Origin: an uncultured Clostridium sp.
Lineage (GTDB): Bacteria; Bacillota_I; Bacilli_A; RF39; UBA660
Assembly (NCBI GenBank): GCA_964388545.1
Contig: CAYMAV010000005.1
Coordinates: 298 to 54,240, forward strand
Length of the DNA stretch: 53,943 nt
Direction: 5' to 3'
Every line of letters begins with the position of its first letter. Position 1 is the stretch's first letter. Of the stretch, positions 18,537 through 27,221 are shown piece by piece. Position numbers and translations under genes: made by a program. The notes under the pieces were generated by a model. It worked only from the letters and a program-made list of their open reading frames with translations, had not been told where the DNA came from and did no database searches.

Positions 18537-20939
18537 ATGTACGATTTTGGAAACAATTTTCATCTTAATTTAGATGATTTAAAAGCTAAAGACGATGCGA
18601 TTATATTAGGGAAAAAATATCGAATAACGATACTTACAGAAAGACTTATAAGGCTAGAATATAGTCCGTCTTTTATTTTCAATGACCTTGCTACTGAACT
18701 TGTGGTTTTCCGTAATTTTGATTTGCCTCGCTATACAAAAAAAGAAGATGATACTTATTTAGAAGTTGAAACCGATTATTTTAAACTTACTTATGAAAAA
18801 GAAAAACCATTCAAAGGTTCGATATTTAATCCAACTAAAAATCTTAGAGTGGAGGTTAAAAATACTAATTCTATTTGGTTTTTTGGACATGCAGAAGCTA
18901 GAAATTATCATGGATCTAATATAAGTACGGAAGTAAAAGAAAGAGAAGAGGTCTATAATAAGGGATTATTTTCTCTTGAAGGTATGGCATCCTTTGATGA
19001 TAGTAAGAATTATCGAATAAATCAATTAGGGAACTTTGAGGCTCCAATAAACGGAAATGTAGATACTTATCTATTTATCTATAACAAGGATTTTGGTTTT
19101 TGTATTCAAGACTATTTTAAATTAACTGGAATGCCTTCGTTAATTCCAAGATATGCTCTTGGTAACTGGTGGAGTAGAGATCTAGCCTATACAAGTAACG
19201 ATATAAAGCTGTTGGTTGACAAATTTAAAGATGAAAATATTCCACTATCGGTTTTTATTCTTGATAAAAAATGGAAAAAAAGCGATGAAGAACCGGCTTA
19301 TTATTCATTTAATCCAAAATTAATTCCGAATCCGAAAGAGGTTACGGATTACCTTCACTCTAAGGGAATAAGAGTAGGATTACATATTGATCACAATGAT
19401 CCAATTACGGTTAATGAAAAAAATTATGATGAGATTAGGACTTTCTTAAATTTAGAAAAAAAAGAAGATATTTATATTAAAGTAAATGATCCTCAAAAAT
19501 TAGATGTCTTATTGAAATATGTCTTGGTTAATTTAGAAAATGATGGTATTGATTTCTTTTGGAATGCTAATAAGGAAGATAAAAATTTAAATGAGTTATG
19601 GCTTATCGTTCATTATGTATATAACAATATGACTAGAAATCCAGCTAAAAGAGGTATGATTTTATCAAGAAATTCAACGAAAGCTGCTCATAGATATCCG
19701 GTTTTATATGCCGGTACATCTGAGGTTAGTTGGACGAACTTTATGTCGATGCCATTTTTTACCTTATCCGCATCTAATATAGGTGTTTGTTGGTGGAGTC
19801 ATGATATAGGTGGATATAATAAAGGAATTGAAGATCCGGGTTTATATATAAGATCAGTCCAGTTAGGAACATTCTCACCAATTTTAAGGTTCCATTCAGC
19901 AGAAGGAAAATATTATAAAAGAGAACCTTGGAGATGGGGCACTAATGTCTTTCAAATTGTTAGTAAATATTTAACTTTAAGGCATCAATTAACATCGTAT
20001 TTATATACTGAAGCATATAAATATCACAAGACTGGTTCGATGATCTTTCAACCTTTATACTATTATTTACCAAAGGTTTATGATGATAAGGTCTATCGAA
20101 ATGAATATTTCTTTGGAAGTGAGTTATTAATCGCTCCAATTGTTAATAAAAAAGATCCAATTATGAATAGAACTATTCATAGATTTTACCTTCCTGATGG
20201 AGTTTGGTATGAGTTTACTACTGGTAAAAGATATAATGGTAATAAGAAATATATTTCTTTCTATAAAGAAGAAGATTATCCAATATTTGCTAAGAAAGGA
20301 AGTATAATTCCTTTATCGATAAAGAGTAATGTAAATAATACTTCTAATCCAACTGATTTGGAAATCCATGTATTCCCAGGAAAAAGCAATACTTATCGTA
20401 TGTATGAAGATGATGGTATAAGTAGTCTTCATAAAGAAGGATTTTACCTTATAACAGAGGTTGATTATAACTATTTACCAAATAACTATACTTTAATTAT
20501 TAGATCGGTTGAAGGTAAAAGCGGAATAGTACCGGATAGAAGAAATTATAAGATTAGATTTAGAAATACTAAATACACAGATGATGTAGATGTTTACTTT
20601 AATTCGGATAAGATAGAAATAAAGAACAAATATGTTAGTAAAAATGATTTTATCTTGGAAATTGAAAATGTTGCAACCGTAGGACAGCTTACGGTTAACT
20701 GTAAGGGTAATGATATCGAAATTGATGCGGTTATGGTTTTAAATGATGATATCGATAATATCCTTTTAGATTTACAATTACCAACAGAATTAAAAGAAGA
20801 AATAGCTGATATAATCTTTAGTGATGATGAATATAAGATAAAGAGATTAAATATAAGGAAGTTAAAGAAAAAGAATCTTGATAAATCATTTATTAAGTTA
20901 TTCTTAAAATTAATTGATTATATTGAAACAACAGATTAA
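18537..20939 (+). CDS. Glycoside hydrolase family 31 (alpha-glucosidase/alpha-xylosidase-like)
   Basis: GH31 landmarks 'PRYALGNWWSR', 'DGIDFFWN', 'CWWSHDIGGY', 'RSVQLGTFSPILRFHS' and 'REPWRW'. Confidence 0.8.
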   Translation: MYDFGNNFHLNLDDLKAKDDAIILGKKYRITILTERLIRLEYSPSFIFNDLATELVVFRNFDLPRYTKKEDDTYLEVETDYFKLTYEKEKPFKGSIFNPTKNLRVEVKNTNSIWFFGHAEARNYHGSNISTEVKEREEVYNKGLFSLEGMASFDDSKNYRINQLGNFEAPINGNVDTYLFIYNKDFGFCIQDYFKLTGMPSLIPRYALGNWWSRDLAYTSNDIKLLVDKFKDENIPLSVFILDKKWKKSDEEPAYYSFNPKLIPNPKEVTDYLHSKGIRVGLHIDHNDPITVNEKNYDEIRTFLNLEKKEDIYIKVNDPQKLDVLLKYVLVNLENDGIDFFWNANKEDKNLNELWLIVHYVYNNMTRNPAKRGMILSRNSTKAAHRYPVLYAGTSEVSWTNFMSMPFFTLSASNIGVCWWSHDIGGYNKGIEDPGLYIRSVQLGTFSPILRFHSAEGKYYKREPWRWGTNVFQIVSKYLTLRHQLTSYLYTEAYKYHKTGSMIFQPLYYYLPKVYDDKVYRNEYFFGSELLIAPIVNKKDPIMNRTIHRFYLPDGVWYEFTTGKRYNGNKKYISFYKEEDYPIFAKKGSIIPLSIKSNVNNTSNPTDLEIHVFPGKSNTYRMYEDDGISSLHKEGFYLITEVDYNYLPNNYTLIIRSVEGKSGIVPDRRNYKIRFRNTKYTDDVDVYFNSDKIEIKNKYVSKNDFILEIENVATVGQLTVNCKGNDIEIDAVMVLNDDIDNILLDLQLPTELKEEIADIIFSDDEYKIKRLNIRKLKKKNLDKSFIKLFLKLIDYIETTD

Positions 20940-20945
20940 TTAATA

Positions 20946-20975
20946 ATGTAGATACTTCGGTATTTACATTTTTTA
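20946..20975 (+). terminator. Rho-independent terminator after the GH31 gene
   Basis: A 10-bp stem 'atgtagatac/gtatttacat' closed by a UUCG tetraloop, followed by a T-run. Confidence 0.75.
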
Positions 20976-20985
20976 ATTTTTATAC

Positions 20986-21014
20986 TTGAACAATTGTTCT
21001 AATAATGTCATAAT
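20986..21014 (+). promoter_or_regulatory. Promoter with an overlapping LexA (Cheo/SOS) box, GAAC-N4-GTTC at 20988-20999
   Basis: -35 TTGAAC (20986-20991), a 17-nt spacer, then TGtCATAAT (hexamer at 21009-21014). The palindrome 'tGAACaattGTTCt' matches the Gram-positive LexA core CGAAC-N4-GTTCG. Confidence 0.7.
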
Positions 21015-21033
21015 ATATTTAGAGATGATTTAT

Positions 21034-22524
21034 ATGAATAAAGTCTATATTTGTATTGATTTAAAGAGTTTTTATGCCTCAGTTGAATGTGTTGAAAGAG
21101 GACTAGATCCCTTAAACACTAATTTAGTGGTGGCAGATGAGGCTCATACTGATAAAACGGTATGTCTTGCGGTAACTCCACCTTTAAAAGCTTATAAGAT
21201 AGGGGGAAGAGCAAGACTTTATGAGGTTAAAGAAAAAGTTAAAGAAATAAATAAAGAAAGAAGAAGAAAAAGTAGATTTACTGGAAAATCATACATAGAT
21301 TCAGAGTTAAAAGAAAATCCGAATTTAGAGCTTGATTTTATTATCGCACCTCCAAGAATGAGGCTTTATATGGATTATAGTGTAAGAATTTATCAAACAT
21401 ATTTAAAATACATTTCTAAAGAAGATATTTATCCATATTCAATTGATGAGATATTTGCTGATATTACGGAATACCTTGATTACTATAAATTAACTAGTGA
21501 AGAGTTAGTTATTAAGATGATAGAGGATGTTTATAAGGAAACAGGGATAACTGCAACCGCAGGGATTGGTACTAATATGTATTTAGCAAAAATTGCGATG
21601 GATATTATGGCTAAAAAGATGAAACCTAATGAATCTGGAGTAAGACTTGCTTATTTGGATGAAGAAAAATATAAAAAAGAGTTGTGGGATCATCTACCTT
21701 TAACTGATTTTTGGCGAATTGGACCAGCAACAGCCAGAACATTAATAAAAAACAATATCAACACAGTTGGGGATATTGCAAGAATATCTATTGAAAATGA
21801 AGATTTATTATATGATTTATTTGGAATTAATGCCGAACTCTTAATTGATCATGCTTGGGGATATGAACCATGCACTTTAAAGGATGTTAAAAATTATAGG
21901 CCAGAAACTAATAGTCTTTCTCGTGGGCAGGTCCTACACACGCCTTATAAATATGAAGATGCTAGATTAATCGTAAGAGAAATGGTTGATAGTCTAGTCC
22001 TAGATATCATAAAAAAAGACATGGTTACTTCGCAATTTCTTCTTATTGTTGAATATGATGTTTCTAATTTAACTGATGGGAAGATATATAACCATTATTA
22101 TGGAGATATTGAAAATGATCGTTATGGAAGAAAGGTTCCTAAAAGAGCTCGAGTAACCGTTAATTTTGGCGAAGATACCAATTCTCTTAATGTAATAGTT
22201 GATAAGGTTTTAAAATCCTATGATCGAGTAGTTAATCCAATTTTATTAGTAAGAAGATTAACAATTTCGGCTTGTAATTTAAAGGAAAAGAAGTTGGAGA
22301 AAATAACAAGGGTTGAACAATTAGATATTTTTACGGATTTTGAAGAAAAACAAAAAGAAAAGAAGAAAAAGAAAAAAGAAGAAGAAAAAGAATTAAAGAT
22401 TCAGGAGGCGATAATCAATATTAAAGAAAAGTTTGGAAGTAATTCTATTTTAAAAGGTAGTAATTTAGAAGAACATTCAACTGCGATTGAAAGAAGAAGC
22501 GATGTGGGAGGGCATAGAGGATGA
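21034..22524 (+). CDS. Y-family (UmuC/UvrX/DinB-like) translesion DNA polymerase
   Basis: Begins 'YICIDLKSFYASVE' and contains 'SIDEIFADIT' and 'TATAGIGTNMYLAKIAMD'. The ORF-track TTG start at 20986 lies inside the promoter and SOS box, so ATG 21034 (or 21025) is more plausible. Confidence 0.85.
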   Translation: MNKVYICIDLKSFYASVECVERGLDPLNTNLVVADEAHTDKTVCLAVTPPLKAYKIGGRARLYEVKEKVKEINKERRRKSRFTGKSYIDSELKENPNLELDFIIAPPRMRLYMDYSVRIYQTYLKYISKEDIYPYSIDEIFADITEYLDYYKLTSEELVIKMIEDVYKETGITATAGIGTNMYLAKIAMDIMAKKMKPNESGVRLAYLDEEKYKKELWDHLPLTDFWRIGPATARTLIKNNINTVGDIARISIENEDLLYDLFGINAELLIDHAWGYEPCTLKDVKNYRPETNSLSRGQVLHTPYKYEDARLIVREMVDSLVLDIIKKDMVTSQFLLIVEYDVSNLTDGKIYNHYYGDIENDRYGRKVPKRARVTVNFGEDTNSLNVIVDKVLKSYDRVVNPILLVRRLTISACNLKEKKLEKITRVEQLDIFTDFEEKQKEKKKKKKEEEKELKIQEAIINIKEKFGSNSILKGSNLEEHSTAIERRSDVGGHRG

Positions 22525-22928
22525 GTAAATATGAAGATATTATTAATTTAACTAGGCCAAAGTCTAAAAGAGGAAAGATGCCTGTAAATGATCGCGCTGG
22601 TCAATTCGCTCCTTTTTCAGCTTTAACTGGTTATGATGATAAAGTAATAGAGGTTTCTCGTCTAACGGATAAAGAAAGATATATAGACGATGATAAAAAG
22701 GAAAGAATAAGCAAGAGGATAAATCTACTAGGAGATAGAATATATGATAGAATACAAGTAGAAATAATTTACTTTGTGAAAGATTTAAAAAAAGAAGGCG
22801 GAAGTTATAAAAAGGTAAACGGTTTTATTAAAAAGATAGATTTAGTTAATAAAAGAATAATTTTAGAAGATAAAAACATTATCTATATAAAAGATATAAC
22901 GGAATTAAATTCTAAGATATTTGATTAA
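22521..22928 (+). CDS. YolD-like protein (accessory partner of Y-family polymerases)
   Basis: Its start overlaps the polymerase stop (ATGA). It has 'DRAGQFAPFSALTGYD' near the N-terminus and a C-terminal beta-rich domain. Size and position match uvrX-yolD and yqjW-yqzH arrangements. Confidence 0.65.
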   Translation: MSKYEDIINLTRPKSKRGKMPVNDRAGQFAPFSALTGYDDKVIEVSRLTDKERYIDDDKKERISKRINLLGDRIYDRIQVEIIYFVKDLKKEGGSYKKVNGFIKKIDLVNKRIILEDKNIIYIKDITELNSKIFD

Positions 22929-22943
22929 TTTAAGGAGTAATAT

Positions 22944-24443
22944 ATGTCCATAATAAAAGTATCTAATTTAACATTTTCCTATTCAGGTAGTTATGATAAC
23001 ATTTTTGATAATGTTAGTTTTTCTATTGATACTAATTGGAAATTAGGCTTTATTGGACGAAATGGAAGAGGTAAGACAACATTTCTAAATTTACTTATGA
23101 ATAAATATGAATATAGTGGAAATATTGCTAAACAAGTAGAATTTGACTATTTTCCTTTTGAGGTAAAGGATAAAGAGAAGAACTCTTATGATATTGCTAA
23201 TGAAATAAAATTAGGTTTTAAAGATAATTGTGAAAATTGGAAGTTAGATAGAGAAATAAATCTTTTAGAAATGGATGCCAAAATATTAAGTAGACCATTT
23301 ATAACTTTAAGTAAGGGAGAACAAACGAAAGTTTTATTAGCAATATTATTTATTAAAGATAATAATTTTCTTCTTATAGATGAGCCAACGAATCACTTGG
23401 ATGAGGAATCAAGGGATGTAGTAGCTAATTATTTAAATAGTAAAAAAGGTTTTGTTTTAGTATCTCATGATAGAAAATTTCTTGATTCTTGTGTTAATTA
23501 TATTTTATCGATTAATAAAAACAATATAGAGATTCAAAAGGGCAATTTTTCTTCTTGGATTGAAAATAAAAATAGGCAAGATAATTATGAATTAGCAGAA
23601 AACGAAAGATTAAAAAAGGATATTAATAGATTAGAGAGATCTGCTAGTATAGCTAGAGACTTTTCAATTAAAGCGGAAAACAAAAAAAGAAGAGATCTTA
23701 CTCAAAGTGATAATAGGGTGGATACGGGATTTATCGGTAAAAAGTCAGCTAAAATGATGAAAAGATCTATAAGTTCTTTAAAGAGAAAAGAAAGCGCGGT
23801 TGAAGAAAAATCTCAATTGTTAAAAAACATCGAGGAAGTTGAAAGTTTAAAGATAAATCCTTTAAATTTTAAAGGTAATAGATTAATAGAAGCAGAAAAC
23901 TTATCTATTTATTACGATGATAATATAATATTTGAGGATATAAGTTTTATTGTAGAAAAGGGCGATAGGCTTCAAATAAAAGGGAAAAATGGTACAGGAA
24001 AATCTAGTCTTATAAGATTAATATTAGGTCAAGATATACCTTATAAGGGTGAAATTAGAATTCCGAATAGTTTAAAAATATCCTATGTGTCGCAAGATAC
24101 AACTTATTTAAATGGTAATCTAACTAATTATTCAATTGAAAATAATATAGATGACAGCTTATTTAAAACAATTTTAAGAAAACTTGGATTTGAAAGAATA
24201 CAGTTTGAAAAAAATATTGAGGATTATAGTGAAGGCCAAAAGAAAAAGGTACTTATCGCTAAAAGTCTAGCCGAAAGGGCGGATATATATATTTGGGATG
24301 AGCCTTTAAACTATATTGATTTATTATCGAGGATTCAAATAGAAGAACTAATCTTAAATTATTCTCCTACAATGATCTTTGTAGAACACGATGAGGCGTT
24401 TTCAAAAATAATCGCAACCAAAATAATAGAATTAAAAAAATAG
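22944..24443 (+). CDS. ABC-F ATPase, Lsa-like (ARE-type ribosomal protection protein)
   Basis: Two ABC cassettes with no TM domain. The N-terminus 'LTFSY...NVSFSIDTNWKLGFIGRNGRGKTTFLNLLM...YSGNI...FDYFPF' closely parallels Lsa(A). A charged inter-domain linker is present. The 499-aa length is close to Lsa. Confidence 0.8.
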   Translation: MSIIKVSNLTFSYSGSYDNIFDNVSFSIDTNWKLGFIGRNGRGKTTFLNLLMNKYEYSGNIAKQVEFDYFPFEVKDKEKNSYDIANEIKLGFKDNCENWKLDREINLLEMDAKILSRPFITLSKGEQTKVLLAILFIKDNNFLLIDEPTNHLDEESRDVVANYLNSKKGFVLVSHDRKFLDSCVNYILSINKNNIEIQKGNFSSWIENKNRQDNYELAENERLKKDINRLERSASIARDFSIKAENKKRRDLTQSDNRVDTGFIGKKSAKMMKRSISSLKRKESAVEEKSQLLKNIEEVESLKINPLNFKGNRLIEAENLSIYYDDNIIFEDISFIVEKGDRLQIKGKNGTGKSSLIRLILGQDIPYKGEIRIPNSLKISYVSQDTTYLNGNLTNYSIENNIDDSLFKTILRKLGFERIQFEKNIEDYSEGQKKKVLIAKSLAERADIYIWDEPLNYIDLLSRIQIEELILNYSPTMIFVEHDEAFSKIIATKIIELKK

Positions 24444-24459
24444 TTGTTTTATCAACTAT
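24440..24459. terminator. Bidirectional hairpin between the convergent ABC-F and arginase-family genes
   Basis: 'atagttg-ttttat-caactat' flanked by an A-run and a T-run. It partly overlaps both stop codons. Confidence 0.45.
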
Positions 24460-25292
24460 TTTATTTTATCTGTAACTTTTTTAATAAAATACTTAGCTAT
24501 TTCTAAACATTTATTATCTTTGTCTTTAGCGTGATTATATTCGACAAAATCAAAGGATACAATGTTTGATTTATTTAGTATTTTATCTAAAATAATATCC
24601 ACTTCTTCAACTGTAAATCCACTTTCTACCGGTACTGATATTGCTGGAAATATTTTTGGATCCATCGAGTCAAAATCAAAGCTAACATGAAGATTTTTAT
24701 TATTTACTAAATCGATAATTTCGTCCATTATGATTTCTATTCCTTTTTCTTTAATTTCATCATAGTAATAGCCTTTAATATTATTTCTTTTAATATATAT
24801 TGCTTCTTCTGGATCAACGTCTCTAAGGCCTAGATAAATGATGTTTTCGTGTCTTATATTTCCACCAAGATTTGCTAATTCTCTTTTTCCTTCGCCAAGT
24901 AAGAATCTTAAGGGCATTCCATGAATATTTCCAGTAATAGTAGATTCTTCACTATTGATATCTGAATGTGAATCTATCCATAGTACATGTAAGTCATCAT
25001 AATTTTTAGCAGAAGCTGCGATACTTCCTATTGCAATAGCATGGTCTCCAGCAAATAAAATAGGTTTTAATCCTTCTTTTATAAGTTTACCGGAGTAATT
25101 ATATACCTTTGTACAAGAGTCAACTATCGCCTCAAAATTTCTTAGTTTTGGATTAGAAAAATCAAATTTATCTAATTCATCAAATATTATCATCTCTGGA
25201 TAAATATATTTTTTAATAGAGTACACACTATCTTTTAAATTATCAACATGTACTCCTTTTGAATTATTCATTCCATAAAAATTTTTGTTCAT
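24456..25292 (-). CDS. Arginase/agmatinase/formiminoglutamase-family ureohydrolase
   Basis: Metal-binding motifs 'GDHAIAIG', 'LWIDSHSDIN' and 'SFDFDSMDP'. Confidence 0.8.
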   Translation of the reverse strand: MNKNFYGMNNSKGVHVDNLKDSVYSIKKYIYPEMIIFDELDKFDFSNPKLRNFEAIVDSCTKVYNYSGKLIKEGLKPILFAGDHAIAIGSIAASAKNYDDLHVLWIDSHSDINSEESTITGNIHGMPLRFLLGEGKRELANLGGNIRHENIIYLGLRDVDPEEAIYIKRNNIKGYYYDEIKEKGIEIIMDEIIDLVNNKNLHVSFDFDSMDPKIFPAISVPVESGFTVEEVDIILDKILNKSNIVSFDFVEYNHAKDKDNKCLEIAKYFIKKVTDKIK

Positions 25293-25364
25293 ATTAATAC
25301 CTCATTCTTGTCGGTTTATATTAAATAATAACTTAGAAGTTTACATAAATCAAGAGAGGTATTT

Positions 25365-25393
25365 TTGACAATAATTAATTCTTTTGCTATAAT
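25365..25393 (+). promoter_or_regulatory. Consensus SigA promoter for the HD-domain gene
   Basis: Perfect TTGACA (25365-25370), a 17-nt spacer, then perfect TATAAT (25388-25393). Confidence 0.7.
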
Positions 25394-25416
25394 CTAACAA
25401 TAGCAGGTGTAAAAAA

Positions 25417-25926
25417 ATGAATTATAATGAAGATATTGAATATATGTCCCTTGTGGATGATATATTAAACCATAAAGAATTTGAAAAAACAAAAGACATT
25501 AATCATCATGGATTAAATAGATATGACCATAGTATAAGAGTATCATACTCTTCTTATAAAATTGCCAAATTTTTAAGATTAGACTATGAAGAGGTAGCAA
25601 GAGGTGGTCTATTACATGATTTCTTTTTAACTAATGGTAAAAAGATTAGTAGGGGAGAAAGATTAAGTACTTTAGTTAGACATCCTAAATATGCGGTTGT
25701 TTATTCTGAAAAGTTTTTTAGACTTACTGAAAAAGAAAGAGATATTATAAGAACGCATATGTTTCCAATATCGCTTACTTTAATTCCAAAGTTTGCTGAA
25801 AGTTGGATTGTAAATATAATGGATAATATCGTAGGTTGTTATGAACAACTTTATGTTAAGAATAAATTGCTTAGTAGATATGCTAATACATTCTTAATTA
25901 GATTAATGAAATTTATGAAATATTAA
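25417..25926 (+). CDS. HD-domain phosphohydrolase
   Basis: 'YDHSIRVS' followed by 'GGLLHDFF' gives the H...HD signature. Confidence 0.75.
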   Translation: MNYNEDIEYMSLVDDILNHKEFEKTKDINHHGLNRYDHSIRVSYSSYKIAKFLRLDYEEVARGGLLHDFFLTNGKKISRGERLSTLVRHPKYAVVYSEKFFRLTEKERDIIRTHMFPISLTLIPKFAESWIVNIMDNIVGCYEQLYVKNKLLSRYANTFLIRLMKFMKY

Positions 25927-25948
25927 CTCTTTAAAAAGAGTTTTTTTA

Positions 25949-25957
25949 TGGTATAAT
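25949..25957 (+). promoter_or_regulatory. Extended -10 (TGgTATAAT) driving tRNA-Arg
   Basis: Located 12 nt upstream of the mature tRNA 5' end and downstream of a weak hairpin plus T-run at 25926-25947. Confidence 0.5.
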
Positions 25958-25969
25958 TACCTTGTTAAT

Positions 25970-26045
25970 GTTCTCGTAGCTCAGCAGGATAGAGCAGTCC
26001 CCTCCTAAGGGACCGATGTGGGTTCGAGTCCTACCGGGGACACCA
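25970..26045 (+). tRNA. tRNA-Arg (anticodon CCT), with encoded CCA
   Basis: Folds by hand into a cloverleaf. Acceptor stem 'gttctcg/cggggac', D arm 'gctc agcaggat agagc', anticodon stem 'gtccc/gggac' with loop 'ctCCTaa', T arm 'gtggg ttcgagt cctac', and 3' 'acca'. Confidence 0.9.
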
Positions 26046-26055
26046 TAGAGAATAG

Positions 26056-26079
26056 AATGCCTTTAAAGGGCATTTTTTA
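26056..26079 (+). terminator. Rho-independent terminator after tRNA-Arg
   Basis: 'aatgcct-ttaaa-gggcatt' followed by a T-run. Confidence 0.6.
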
Positions 26080-26141
26080 TTTATCTTTTAATAGTATTTT
26101 ATTATAAAAAATGATAAACTTTTATCAATAGGAGGTCTTAT

Positions 26142-27209
26142 ATGGGATCTTATGTCTCTTCAATTAAAATAGGTTTAATTATATTTCCAATATTAGCGCT
26201 CCTAATTACAGTTCCTTATATGATATATCAATATCATAAATATGGATCAATTCCTTATTTAAAGACAATTATTGTTTATTCCTTTGTTTTATATCTTTTA
26301 GAAGCTTATTTTATGGTAATTTTACCACTTCCCAAGATTAATACAGTTAAATATTCAACAAGGGATTGGGCACAACTTGTACCATTTAACTTTATAACAG
26401 AGATTTCAAATAAGATTAATTTTAATCCTTTAAGTTTATCTTCATATATAAAATTTATAAAACATCCTTTAGTTTATCAATTATTATTTAATATCTTTTT
26501 AACCGTACCATTTGGAATTTATTTAAGATATTATTTTAAGAGAAGCTTAAAAGAAATAATTATTTTATCATTTATCTTAAGTCTATTTTTTGAATTTACC
26601 CAGATTACCGGTTTATATGGTCTATATCCAAGACCTTATCGTGTTTTTGATGTTGATGATTTAATAGCTAACACTTTAGGTGGGACCTTGGGTTATTTGT
26701 TAACCCCATTATTTACCTTCTTTTTACCTACTAAGGAAGAATTAGATAAAAGGGCATTAGAAGATAGTCTAAAGGTGTCTTTTCCTAGAAAATTAATAGG
26801 AAATATAATTGATTTTTCATTAGTATACCTTATTTTTTCTCTAATTGTTAGAACAAGTATCAAGCATGAATTTCTTTTTTTTAGTCTTATGCTATTAATT
26901 TACTATATTCTATGTACTTATTTATTTAGAGGATATACTCCTGGAAAGTTTATAGTTCGAATAAAATTGGTAAATGAGGGAGAAAAAAGAGTTAAATTTT
27001 ATCAATTATTATTAAGATATCAAGTAATTTTTATCTTGTTTTTTGAAGTATTTTATTTTTATTATTACTTTAAGATAAAATATGTTTTTACTTTATTAAT
27101 AATTTTAACCTTTATTATATATCTTGGATTATTTATAAACTTTTTGAGAAAAAAAACAAATATTTATGAAAAGATAAGTAAAACTAAGCATATAAGCACG
27201 AAGGTTTAG
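26142..27209 (+). CDS. Membrane protein with an N-terminal VanZ-like domain fused to a C-terminal RDD-family domain
   Basis: VanZ-like block 'NIFLTVPFGIYL...FFEFTQ...FDVDDLIANTLGGTLGY'. The C-terminal half is 'IIDFSLVY...FRGYTPGKFIVRIKLV' with flanking TM helices, which is RDD-like. Confidence 0.65.
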   Translation: MGSYVSSIKIGLIIFPILALLITVPYMIYQYHKYGSIPYLKTIIVYSFVLYLLEAYFMVILPLPKINTVKYSTRDWAQLVPFNFITEISNKINFNPLSLSSYIKFIKHPLVYQLLFNIFLTVPFGIYLRYYFKRSLKEIIILSFILSLFFEFTQITGLYGLYPRPYRVFDVDDLIANTLGGTLGYLLTPLFTFFLPTKEELDKRALEDSLKVSFPRKLIGNIIDFSLVYLIFSLIVRTSIKHEFLFFSLMLLIYYILCTYLFRGYTPGKFIVRIKLVNEGEKRVKFYQLLLRYQVIFILFFEVFYFYYYFKIKYVFTLLIILTFIIYLGLFINFLRKKTNIYEKISKTKHISTKV

Positions 27210-27221
27210 AAAGAGGTAGTT

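Noticed and set aside
20986-21033. The ORF-track TTG start at 20986 for the Y-family polymerase.
   Set aside because: These 48 nt contain the -35, the LexA box and the -10 of the promoter. The conserved polymerase N-terminus ('VYICIDLKSFYASVE') begins right after ATG 21034.
22330-22400. AAG/AAA-rich low-complexity DNA (also 2790-3010 and 42430-42500) as possible tandem repeats or slippery phase-variation tracts.
   Set aside because: These are imperfect Lys/Glu-coding runs without a fixed repeat unit. They are typical of AT-rich genomes and lie in frame within long ORFs.
21034-22928. The Y-family polymerase plus YolD-like pair as a sign of an SPbeta-like prophage or ICE.
   Set aside because: The pair also occurs chromosomally (yqjW-yqzH type), and nothing phage-like flanks it here. 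The LexA box fits an ordinary SOS gene.
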